From Marsupella aquatica (lineage: Eukaryota > Plantae > Marchantiophyta): a stretch of DNA of 64,000 bases. Under the pieces are notes generated by a model. The model was given only the letters and a program-made list of their open reading frames with translations, did not search any database and had not been told where the DNA came from. The stretch lies in contig OZ316891.1 in the NCBI GenBank assembly GCA_973895155.1, positions 11,654,771-11,718,770 on the forward strand, read 5' to 3'. A program made the position numbers and the translations under genes. Below, piece by piece: positions 24,362-35,865 of this stretch; positions within the stretch are counted from its first letter, which is position 1, and each line of letters starts with the position of its first letter.

Positions 24362-25775
24362 AGTGATAGAGTGGTCACAAGTGTCCACTATGTAATGACT
24401 TGTAGGTAGGAGGGTCAAGTTAATTTCCATGCATTTGTCTAAAGTAAGTGAGAGAACAAGGCTTGCAATCAAATACTCTATGATCTTTCTTAGTTATTGA
24501 ATGGACTTTTTGATAATTATTGTATTTTTGTCTTAGTACATATATTTCTAGAAAATGATGGCAGTTCTAAGTTACTTGGATGTCATCCTAGTTTGAATAT
24601 AAGATATTTAACTTGTCTAGCATTTCATTGTTGCTTAGATAATGATCCTATCCAAGCTAGATGTTTTGAGTATAGATGCTATCCAAGCTTATGTGTTATT
24701 ACACACGTTCTATCTATTTTCAACCAAATGAACACTTTTTATCACCCAAATGTTTTTTAATATTATCCAAATTAATATTTTCTTTGCCCAAATGTCTATT
24801 TTTTTGCCCCAAATTTATAATTCATGATGCTTAAATTTTCATTTTTCATCCTTCAAATTTACAATTCTTATGCCTAAAAGTGTGTTTTTAAATGCCCAAA
24901 TTTCCAAATCTTCTTTATAATTCCACTTTTAATGAATATAGTGATTTAGGGTTTGTAGTTGAGAAAAGCAAGGAGAAAAGCAGACTTCTCAATTAGCCAA
25001 GGGGTCCACTAACTAATTAAAAATGCATTAAGGTTGTCTGGTCTTCAATTCAGGTTCTGGTTCACTCATACCCTGACAAATCAACACAATTATCAAGGAT
25101 TCTATCTCATTATAAACGAACCTTATGAATGTATGGTCTGCTAAGCTAATATGTTTGCCAGCAGGCAAGAGTTGGATGTTCAGGATGACAAAGTATGTTT
25201 TGTCAATGTTTGACAATGTTAACATAATGTTAAAGTCTGTCACTCGTACCTTTATGGGATATACAATAGACCATATATGGTTGACTATACATCCCTTAGT
25301 TAAAAGGGATACCTCCTGTCCTTAACCATATACATAACTATATACATAAAATCAGGAAACCTCCTTCCAATAAGCTGGGCACTTGACTTACAGGCAAGGA
25401 AAAACCCCTTTAATGTCATTGAAATTTGTTTTAATAATTCCTACCAACACTGCATGCAAGAGCTGGTCAGCGGCCCACAACACACTGAAGCCCCCATAGG
25501 TGCTTTAAAGCAAAGCTGTGGGGACCAGCTAGCAGTTTTTTTAGTTGCAAAAAATTGTCAAATTTGCTGAAAAGTCTCAGCCACTGGTGAATAATATTCC
25601 CCAAACTTTGTTGACTTTGATTGGCCAGTTTCCAATCTACTCACAAACTCTATTTTGTTAGAATGTGGTGGTTACCTTGAAATGTAAGGAAATCTAACAG
25701 TAAAAACTTTAGGGGGCAGAAAAGGAAAATAAGTTTTATAATTGGTTGATTTGGCCACAATCAACTTAGTTATTA

Positions 25776-26187
25776 ATAGGGCGTCTCAAACCTGCACATT
25801 CCCAATAAGTTTATAGCTGTGATATATGGAAACGATGCACATTCCCAATAAGTTTATAGCTGTGATATATGGAAACGATGTGTATGTTGTCTCGACCGAA
25901 ACTGGGAATTTGGTCAAATTTGCCTGGCTTGAATTTTGCTTGGAGACAAGTCACACAATGCCCTAGCAAAACAGCGCACATCACTGATATTTCATAGTGC
26001 AAAGACCATTCTTTGAAAGGTGCCCACTCATTCCATGTGGGGCAGTTCTTTGTGCCTAGGCCGGTGCACCGATTGCCCAAATTAGTGTTGGTCATGGTTT
26101 AGGGGCACCACATAATTTTGGTGCCCTGGCCTGCAACATTTTGGTCACTCGAATCTTTCACGAACCACCTAGTTTAAGACGCCCTAT
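25776..26187. mobile_element. MITE (~410 bp), TIR ATAGGGCGTCT(C/T)AAAC, flanked by TA
   Basis: Left ta-ATAGGGCGTCTCAAAC and right GTTTAAGACGCCCTAT-ta (15/16 match). Internal 43-bp direct duplication at ~25795-25881. Confidence 0.7.
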
Positions 26188-27588
26188 TAGTAGCTCCAGA
26201 ATAAAATTACGCACGACGCCTTGCTGATAAATTTTTTCTAAGAGTACTATCAAACACAATCAAAATGAATTCTATTGTCATAAAGCCGTTCGGAACCTTC
26301 TGTGCAAGATCTTCATGCAAGATTCAGAGTCGTCGAATACAACGAGAGACAATTTTCCTCCGCATGGAAACGAAACACGGTGAAAGATTCTGTGAGAGCA
26401 CTTTCTTATTGTGTTGTGTATTTCCTTCAAAAAAGGCGCAGGAATCTCGACTCGTACAGTAGGAGACATGTGTCTTGGGTGGGCAACTTTTGGATTCGGA
26501 GCTCGATTGTTCTAATAATGGAATTGCACTAGTTATGCGTATTGCAGCTTTTTGACCTCGATGACGATTGGAATGCGTGAAGCACTCTCTCTCTCTCCCC
26601 CCAAGGAGTGGGAAGCTCGCAACGGCATCAAAAGACGTGCAGATGTACACAGCGCTGGCCAACCCGAACGCAATGGGACACAGAAGAGTTCGATGGATTC
26701 GATTCTAATGGAATGGGAACGAGCAGCCCCAGGAAGATCCCTGTATTTAGTTGAAATCTCAAAGATATGAGAATCCACACGGAAGGGTTAATTGGGCGGC
26801 GGGATGGAGCCGATGAAAGAGGAGAGGAGAAAAGGAGGAGGAACGGAGAAGCAGAACAGTGGCGAAGAACGAGGACGGACTGGGTAGGTACGATAGGATT
26901 CGATCGATCGATGGAGCCATGAAAATCGATGAAATCCTGAATTCGTCTTCTTACACCCCCTTCTCCGGCTCCGTACCGCAGCTTTATAGCATGGTGCTGC
27001 GGTGGCCTGATTGCGCCCCTCGTGGGCTTGACTTTCATGTTTTCTAGGGAAAGTCGAATTTGCTCGAATGAAGGTGCGCCGTGAGAACAAGTTTGACCTG
27101 CGAGCCAAATTAAGCCTTTAAAGCTCTATGGATTACTACAGTGCAGCGAATGCAGGACCGGCACCATGGCGTCGGAAATCATCGGGTATGGCGCTTTTTG
27201 TCAAGGGCCTAATAATATATTTGGTTTGTTTGAAGCTTCATACTTTCTGGTGCTCCTTTCTGACTCTGTTGAGTGTTCGCCGTCGAATATAAATTAGAGT
27301 CTTAGTACACTTGCATTGTAGAATTACGAGGTTTGCCATCCTTCGTTCCTTACCGAGTAATCAATTCTTCCAATAATTGGAGTCGGTTAGTTCGTCTTCG
27401 AAGTAGCTGACTACTGTACCGTCCTGGGATGAAACTCGAACTTGTCCATTCTCACCAAACTCACCGTTCGATTCTTGTGCAGTAGATGCTACTTTAGGAA
27501 CAGCAGCAGTCTTCTATTGTCACCAAACTCACCAAACTCACTGGTCGATGCTTGTGCAGTAGAGGCTACTCTATCAACCGCAGCAGCC

Positions 27589-30200
27589 ATGACGGCAGCG
27601 ACTGCGCTCGGGCTACTCGTGCTTTTCTTCTTCTACCGATCGGTCCAAGAAGTGCACGGGACGTTCGACAATGTTGGGAGGTCACGGATTGTCGAGAGTG
27701 ATGTCGGGGTGGTCGCAGCTGATCACTTTTTGTGTTCGGACATCGGCGTGGACGTGCTGAAGCGGGGCGGAAAGGCTGTCGACGCTGCAGTCGCTGTCGC
27801 GTTTTGTCTGGGAGTCGCGAATCCCGGGGCTAGTGGAATTGGCGGAGGTGATTTCATGCTCGTGCGCCTTGCCGATGGCCGCGCTGAGGCGATTGATATG
27901 CGAGAGACAGCCCCTTTGCACTCCTCTGAGGTACCACAAACACCCGTTTTTATTCAATTCCTGCGACTAATACAGCGCAGCAATTGAAGTTTGACCATCT
28001 AGACCTTTTCGAGTGCGGAAAAGCAAGATATTGAATTTTCGGACTGATGTCTAGCCTTACTCATGAACGGAGCTTGTTTCTGCAGAGTATGGATGCCAAT
28101 TCCTTCAGTAGTGCTCAGCGCAGCGTAGAAATTGATCGATTTTTAGCTCGTTTTTTCCCGCAGATAGGCAAGACATTGGAATCGTTGGACTGATAACTCG
28201 TTTCTGCAGAGTATGTACGCCAATGATCTCGGAGGAAAAACCGTGGGCGGATTGGCCGTTGGAGTTCCTGGTCAAGTGAAGGGGCTGTATGAAGCATGGC
28301 AAAAGTACGGGACGTTGCCATGGGAGTGTCTCGTGGAGCCGGCCATTAAGCTCGCCGCTCACGGGTTCCCAGTACAACCATTTTTGGCTGCACAGATCCA
28401 GAGTGAGTTGCCAAGCGTCCTCGCAAACAAAGGTTTGAGGGATGTGTTCGCCCCCAATTACGTCCCACTTCTTGCTGGCGACATTTGCTACAGGAAGAAG
28501 TTAGCAGAGACGCTTGCAGCAATTGCAAAGGACGGCTCAGCCGCATTGTACTATGGTCCGATCGCCGAAGCGATGGTTGAGGATGTCCAAGCTGCAGGTG
28601 GTATTCTCACAATGGAGGATCTTGCAAGCTACAGAGTCCTTTTCACGGATCCTGTCATGGCAGAGACTTGGGGGCATACGGTGATTGGAATGCCCCCTCC
28701 TTCGTCTGGTGGTGTGGGCTTGATTCTGGTGAGAAGTTAGCTCCTTTTCATGGCGATTACTCCGATTTCCGCCCCTCGCTCCGTTTCTCGCACGAAGTAT
28801 ATAACGATATTGTTTTCTGAAACAGATTCTGAACATTCTAGCAGCTTTCAAAAACGCAAGTGCGATTAACGGAGATTTGGGTCTACATCACATCGTGGAG
28901 GCCATTAAGCATACCTATGCCGTTCGAGCCCACTTGGCCGATCCTCTCTTTGAGAACATCACTAGTGTCGTGGCTGACATGCTTTCTGCAGATTTCGCTG
29001 CTTCTTTACAGAAGACGATTGCTGACAATACCACCTTCGGGCCAACTCATTATGGTGGAAAGTGAGTCTCTAGGAGTGAATCCAAGATTGATTTCCATTT
29101 TTTAATTTTTATAATGCTGATTTCGATGAAAACATTTGTATGCATCTCCTTAATCCCACATACATTTGGTTTTTGCAGGTATCATCCAATGTCAGAAGGC
29201 GAGAATCATGGCACAAGTCATTTTAGCATCATTGACGCAAATCGAAATGCAGTGTCAATGACGTGCACAGTGAATTATGTGTTCGGAGCAAAATTCATCT
29301 CTGAGCGGACGGGCATCTTGATGAATAACGAGATGGATGATTTCTCAACTCCACAAGATTTGGTTCCCCCTCCTGGTGTTCCTGCAAAACCAAATTTCAT
29401 TATGCCCTATAAACGGCCATTGTCCACCATGAGCCCTACCATTGTGTTGAAGGTAAAATTTACACATATTCTGTCCACAGTAAAGAATGGATGGTAGATG
29501 GATGTTAGTATATATTGTTTTATTACCTAACCCTTTTCTTTAGCTTGTGTACATGTTAAATTCATTTTTGTTTTTTCTTTCTTTCTGTGTTTGTGAGTGC
29601 GTTAAATTAATCTTTGTTTTTGTTTTCTTTCTGCCCAGGATGGACAGATCAGAGCAGTACTCGGTGGGAGCGGAGGTATCAAGATTTTGACCACCGTGGC
29701 CCAAGTTTTGATAAAAATATTGGGAGGATTTGACCCTCTCTCATCAGTGGGTCTTCCAAGAATTCATCACCAGGTTTTTGTTCTAGTATAACCTCATTTG
29801 TCTTAAAATTTATTTATGTGGACTAAATATCATTCTTGTAGTGAACCAGGTTTCATCTTTGGAGTTATCACTCATTTGTCATTGAATACATTCCTTGGTG
29901 ACTAAGAGTTGGTTGTGATAATTGCAGTTATTACCTCATGTGTTATATTATGAAAACTACACCACAGTGAGGGGTGATATCGAAGTGTTACCAGAACACA
30001 CCTTGGATTTTCTTCGTACTAGAGGACACAATCTATCCCAGGAAACCAGTGGTGCAATATGTCAACTCATTATACATGATTTTCCTAGGCGTGGTAAAGA
30101 ACCTAAACATAAACATACGATGAAAAATAAAAGAGTTCATTGGGGAAAACTGATTGGTGTGAGTGATTTGAGAAAAGATGGTTATCCTGCAGCAATCTGA
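27589..30200 (+). CDS. GGT: Gamma-glutamyl transpeptidase / glutathione hydrolase, exons 27589-27930, 28210-28728, 28826-29061, 29179-29452, 29639-29773, 29928-30200
   Basis: GVVAADH..CSDIG, AVDAAVAVAFCLGV..PGASGIGGG.FMLVR, IDMRETAP, VGVPG, PPPSSGG, catalytic HGTSHFSI, NNEMDDFS, KRPLSTMSPTIV, GGSGG, terminal SDLRKDGYPAA. Junctions are GT-AG. Confidence 0.95.
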
Positions 30201-30547
30201 AGTTCTTGTTGCTAAATCTTTGAGGACAAGGATATATTTCTAAGAATTGTAAAATCAAATCAAAGTAAACAAGAGTTTACTTTTCAATTTGTATCATACT
30301 CAAGTAAACAAAAGTTTACTCATATGTAGGTTTGTATCAAACCAAAGTAAACGGAAGTTTACTCCTCAGTTTGTATCAAACCAAAATAAACAAAGGTTTA
30401 CTATGGAGTTTGTCACCAGTGTAAATGGTTTTTGTGGAACTTGTGAGTATTGTTTGGTAAGGCGAAGGGTACACTTGAATGTATTTGTTGGAAAACCTAT
30501 GAATGCTGGATTGAATGTTAGGTTTAGTGTAGGATACACTAAACTGG

Positions 30548-32150
30548 AACCTGCAAGAGAACTCTGTACTAGAAACAATTACAGCCTGTCCCTCTTAATT
30601 TCACACTACCAAAGCTCTTTGCTCATTCGGATTAGCAAAGTAGCTGACTAGGAAAGTGTTGCTGGTCTCACTTCATGCATTGCAGTCGCAAGAGCCGTCT
30701 AGGCAAATTGAGGGGACAACTCATCTCCAGATGTGTAGAAAATAATTGTGATTCATACTTTCCGAACAGATGTCGATATGAGCTGGGAATTGGGAAATTC
30801 TCACGAAGAAGGGATCTCATACAAGCTTTTCCTCGTAGATGTTCGAAGACCAATTATCACTCGGAACATGATGTGGATCGCCCTGGATTGTGACAAAACT
30901 CACGCTGCCATTGTTTGATTACTTTATTTGTCCCACCTACCCAAGCATTTCAAAACGCACATGCACCTCGTGATGATAATCAAGTCGGTTCGTAGACTTT
31001 CACCCAAGTCGATCACGATCCATCATTGCATGAAAACTTTCTCTCGAATTCCTCACGAGTACACCCGACCGTGAGTGACACAGAGCTGTCTTATTTTTAA
31101 CACTCGATTTGAGCTGCTCCGTTATGGGAACTTCGGAAACGCTTCGACAGTCCAACGTAACCTCCGTAATTCGCCATGAGAGGTCGGGTCTTCACCTTAC
31201 AATGGCTCTATGGAAAAACTAAATGTCTACAGGAAAGGAACGGTATCTACTAAAACAGAGAAATTTCCGAATGCCGTCTCTATATGAGTTTACATGTTTC
31301 AGAAATTGCAGTGCATTTACAATGTTGCCCTAGCCTTCAGTTGACCGTCACCGTATATCGCCCTCTCCACCATGGCTGTTTTGATTTCCAATCCACCTGA
31401 ACAAGGACTAAGAGAATACGTCTCCTTGTTCATTCAGCGTGAAACCTTTTGGAAGTCACATTTAATCTTGCATATCGCACGGCTCATTATAGAGGATTGA
31501 GCACATTCGTAGCCTCCAAGTTCAACAAGTTGTCACAGACTATGCAAATATCTCTTACTTCTGTTCCTACTGATTTCACTGGATGGCGCTGAACTCACCG
31601 TTCATGGGACCGCCGGTTTGGGACGGAAGTGAGAAATCGAGGCCTTCTCTGGCTGTGGATGGAGTTATGCATTCGAAGATTAAATGGACCCTCATGTCAT
31701 CTATACTCAACGGATTTGCTTCACATAGGACCTAGTCATAAGTTGTCAGAAGCGATACGAGGTATTAATCCAGGCAACTTTCTTGGAACTCAACGTTCTT
31801 ACTCCGCAGGGAAGGTGCCAAAAAATCGTCGTGCCTAGGACTCGGTTCATCGTGCCTGAAACTCAATATTGCCGGGCTGCAGGTAGATCTGGATGGCGAA
31901 TGAAAAATAAGTTCGCAGAATGTGTCCAAGAATTCAAAGCTTTGCGACGTGTAGATTACCTCAGGGGGCGCTATGTACTGTACATCCAGAACTGCCCCCA
32001 ATAATAAACTTCACGCATTCTTGCCATTAGTATGATCAGTCGATCTAGTCACTGTTACTCTGAGATAGTACTCCGCATGGTTCATCCACTGATCTGAGGG
32101 ATTGTCTCCTGCAGACGGTTTCCAGCCCGTCCCCTGCATCAAGAACTAAT
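30548..32150. repeat. Diverged direct-orientation duplicate of 57213-58760 (CAP-D3 last ~30 codons plus downstream region)
   Basis: Colinear matches: AACCTGCAAgAGAACTCTgTACTAGAAACAATT (30548 vs 57213), GAGTACACCCGACCGTGAGTGACACAGAGCTGTCTTAT (~31057 vs ~57760), CTAGTCACTGTTACTCTGAGATAGTACTCCGCATGGTTCATCCACTGA (32045 vs 58656). Confidence 0.9.
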
Positions 32151-32474
32151 GGCCATTGCTGGGTTCGCATGCCACTTATGAAGAAGGAACCGGCCATGAT
32201 TCCTTATCATAAGTTGTGTCATGGCCAGTTCCTTGCATGGCCATGATTCCTTATCATAAGTTGTGTCCTTGTGCATGCAAGGAACTGGCCATGATTTTAG
32301 GTGTGGAAGTTTGATCAATAATGCACCAGTTATAAAACGCTCGTGTCTAGTTCATAATAGATGGCCAACTGCAATCCCTGAGTGAGCAGTACAGAAGGTG
32401 CTGCATCAGCAGGTACTTCCTTCAATCGTCCCTTCTGGGTTGCTTGCGTGCATTCTTGCGAACCCAGCAATGGC
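32151..32474. mobile_element. MITE (~325 bp), 18-bp perfect TIR GCCATTGCTGGGTTCGCA, TAAT/AAT target duplication
   Basis: Left taat-gGCCATTGCTGGGTTCGCA and right TGCGAACCCAGCAATGGC-taat. Internal direct repeat GGCCATGATTCCTTATCATAAGTTGTGTC x2. Confidence 0.8.
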
Positions 32475-33405
32475 TAATATTTTATAAAGGAAGAAAGCCG
32501 GTATATCTTCTCCGATCTTGATTAAAGGGTCAGATCTCCAGAAAACTGGCGAATTCAAGGCAACTTTTTTGGTGAATTTGAGTTACTCCCCCCCCCCCCC
32601 CCCCCCCCTAAATTTTCTTTGTAGCATTCTCCAGTATAGATGTTGGAGGAGGTGAGATTTTCAAAATTTTCCCCTGCCCACTCAGGAATCATGGCCAATA
32701 ATATGCAGTCATGGATGGCCTGGTTTCAACCTGGAGTCGTAAGCTCAGCAAGGGTCTGAGTCACTCAAATCTTTAAATTTATATGAGATACCAAAATGTT
32801 CTGTGTGGAATAAAAAATAAATAAATCTGATATCCATGTCATCCTAGTTAAAGTATACGTTTCCAAGACACTAGGCATGTGCACTTAGGAATCCTATCCA
32901 AACCAAAGTTAGGGCGAAGTTTCCTTTCTTTCCAACAAATACCTATCCATAAACTCAAGACTTTTGTATGTGACACTGTCAGGTTTTTTTAAGACTTTGA
33001 AATCTTCTTACATAGATTTGATTGCCAAAATAGATATCACACAAATCTTTTCTTTCATACTGCTTTCTTCATTTGGAGACTCATTACATACGTCCAAAAA
33101 CAGCCACCAATAATGTCTAGTTATGCAAGTTTATGGGTAAGTTCTTTTTTCCTTGGGAAGGGTTAAGTTCTCTCACAAAAAAGGTCACAACCTTTGCAGA
33201 TCATTCTAACAATAGTCTTCCCAACTTCAAATGGGTGATGGATCACTCTAATTACTCATAGATCAAGCTCACTCTCAGACCCTTCCATTTCCGATAGTGA
33301 AGCTGAGAAGAGAAGAGGTGGAGAGAAGTGTAATAGCCTGTAATTTTTACTCTCACAATCCTTTAGATCTCATGATTGCTTAATATATAGCACATCTCCT
33401 GACTA

Positions 33406-34307
33406 CTGTCTTCCCCTGAACACAACGCCCGGGCGCTAAAAGAAAAAAAAATGTTTTCCTTCAAACACAACATCATATTACCATAACGCCCCGCACAACG
33501 CCCGGGTGTTGTGTTCGAAGTTGGTGTTGTGTTTGAATAGTTGGCGTTGTGTTTTAAATTGCACCCCATGTTTGAGAGATTTGAAGTTGGCACTGTGTTT
33601 GAATAGTTGGCGCTGTGTTCGAATAGTTGGTGATGTGTTCAAAATTGTACCATGTGTTTGAGAGAGATCCTATTGTGTGTTTCATGTTACATTCGAAGGT
33701 GAAGCAAAACTGAACAAAAAAAGCTATCCACAATTTTTGCAGCGCCTGTAGCAATAGTCGGAACAATTTCTGGAGCAAAAGCTCAGAAACACGTACTCGA
33801 CTGAAAGAGCACTCAACAACTTTATCTCTTTGTGAAACTTCTTACGTGAGTGTGCACATGCACAAATTGAGAAATCAGATCAATAATGAATCTCTAAACT
33901 CCTATTCTGACTTATCTACTGTAAATAGGTTCATCAAATTTGTGACAGGCTTTCCTTTTGGTAATAGGATAGAGATCCTCTTGGCTCTCTTGGCTCTGCT
34001 CTCTTGGCTCTCTTCCCTTGTGTAATTTCAGTGTTTGAATTACCTACACATTCTCAAACACTTTCTTTAAGACATCAGTTCTACATATGAATTTTATTTG
34101 TGCTTACACCATAAATTAATCTCCTAGCCTTATACACAATGCCTACACTCAAACACAATGTCAAACTCAAACACAACGCCATTTTTCGAACACAGCGCCA
34201 CAGTCAAGTGAAAAAATCCAAACCTTGAATGTGACAAAATTTGAACACAACGCCTAGGGCGCTATATGCAAACATAGCGCCTGGGCGTTGTGTTCGGGGG
34301 AAGACAG
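33406..34307. mobile_element. Tc1/mariner-type non-autonomous element (~900 bp) with TA target duplication
   Basis: Left TA-CTGTCTTCCCCTGAACACAACGCCCGGGCGCTA and right TAGCGCCTGGGCGTTGTGTTCGGGGGAAGACAG-TA (31/33 match). Many subterminal G(G/C)GTTGTGTT(T/C)GAA / AACACAACGCC repeats. Confidence 0.9.
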
Positions 34308-35865
34308 TAATGGTTTTGCCCTGCCCGTAATCATACATCAAATTGTAGTTATATACGGTGTGCACTCATCAATTTAAAGAAAATAACAAAGTTTATCATG
34401 GTATTGAAGGATATCTTACTCCGTATATGTCATAAATGATGTGCAGTTACCGGGAGCGTGGTTTTGTGGCTTTCAGCCGCTACCACTCATGTGTGCGGAG
34501 ACCCCCAAAGCAGCTGTCCGGCATCCTTTTCACAAATTACCAGTGGTGCAATCCATAAATTGCCTTCATTCATTGTCACTTGCAGAGGTCAGACGTGGAG
34601 GTATAATTCCTGCTAATTTGAGTTATCATCACAAGTGACACGTGTGGTTGGAAGACTTCCAATTGATAGGGGGGGAGCATTTAGCAGTTCCCTAGTACAA
34701 CCGATGCTGCCAAATGTAAAGGCGGCCTGCTCGCGTGTGGGAATTCGGGGTTGCGGTGGGGAGCGAGGTTTGCCTGCTGCCAAAGGTAAAAGATGGAGGT
34801 TACGGACTTTTTAGGGCCACCATTGGAGATTCTCTTACTACTTCTCCAAACTTTCTCTTCCAATCCCAACAAGAATAGGAAACAATGCAAATAGAGGGCA
34901 TCAAATTAATGGACTTTGAGAGAGTGTGTCACAGATCACTCGTTTAGCCGAGCTGTGTCTCTGTGCAAAGTTATAAAACCATAAACGTGGCATTCATGTT
35001 TCTCATGTTCGGAATATATAAAGATCCTGCCGACATTGCCCCAAGACAAGAAACCTTACATTTTATCAGGAATGTCCATCAATTTCGATCACCTCGCTTT
35101 GCTCGGGGATTTCTGGTTCCTTAAATTAAGCGTTCGAAGTTGAAAGATGGGCTTGGACAACAAGGCAGACACGGTAATCTGTTCTGGAGAGCAAAACTGG
35201 GTTCATTTGAAAGATAGTCTCTAAAAGGGGCCGGCATACATGGAAGTCTCTCATGGATCTGCTCAAATTCCGAGTTCTACCAAGCTAGAGAACGAGACAA
35301 TAGCATGATACGTTAAGGTCGGTCCTACAGAAGCTAGCTGCTACATTAGCATGTGAAAGACGTCAACTGTTCCGGATTCCTATGAGTCTTTTCTACGGAG
35401 GAAGCGTTTACTGCGTGGCAGCCTAGGAAACTTGGTCCCCTCTCTTCAGAATGAGGGTTGATGAGGCTAGAATCGATCTGGCTTGCGGTATCTGGCTTGC
35501 GGTATCCAAGGGTGATATCTTGACAAAGTTGTGTAGTCCGAGAATTCTTTTCAGAGGCGAGGGAAGCGGTTTTTACGTTGTTGCCAACACGAGATTGAGA
35601 CGAGGAGAGCGCTTGAATTGTAGGCAAAACGCTGAGTATGCATTATGCAACGGAATATAGCAGCCAGTCATGTTTCTTTGGCAACGGGAAAATTCCCCGG
35701 GGGAAGAAGAGGAGCTGAACTTAACGGCTCTTCAAGAGCTTGAGATTCTTGCCATTGAGTTCTTTTTATTTGAGATGGACGGTTTATACGTACACGCTCT
35801 GACTTTTGTCCATGCCAGCTGCTCAATGTGAATGAAGCTTGGCCGCCTTGAGAGTGAGAGAAATC

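Larger units (their letters stand above)
11364..25775. mobile_element. Putative large (~14.4 kb) decayed cargo-carrying DNA transposon (Sola-like DDE transposase plus a divergent cargo gene); boundaries tentative
   Basis: Head-to-head transposase and cargo genes with AT-rich 3' flanks. Candidate terminal inverted repeat: TAATAACTAACTTGAT (11364-11379) versus ATCAACTTAGTTATTA (25760-25775), a 15/16 match, each ~1.3-1.4 kb beyond a stop codon. Confidence 0.55.

Noticed and set aside
26560-26720. Possible miRNA precursor near the (CT)n tract
   Set aside because: No extended fold-back and no match to conserved plant miRNAs that I can recognise.
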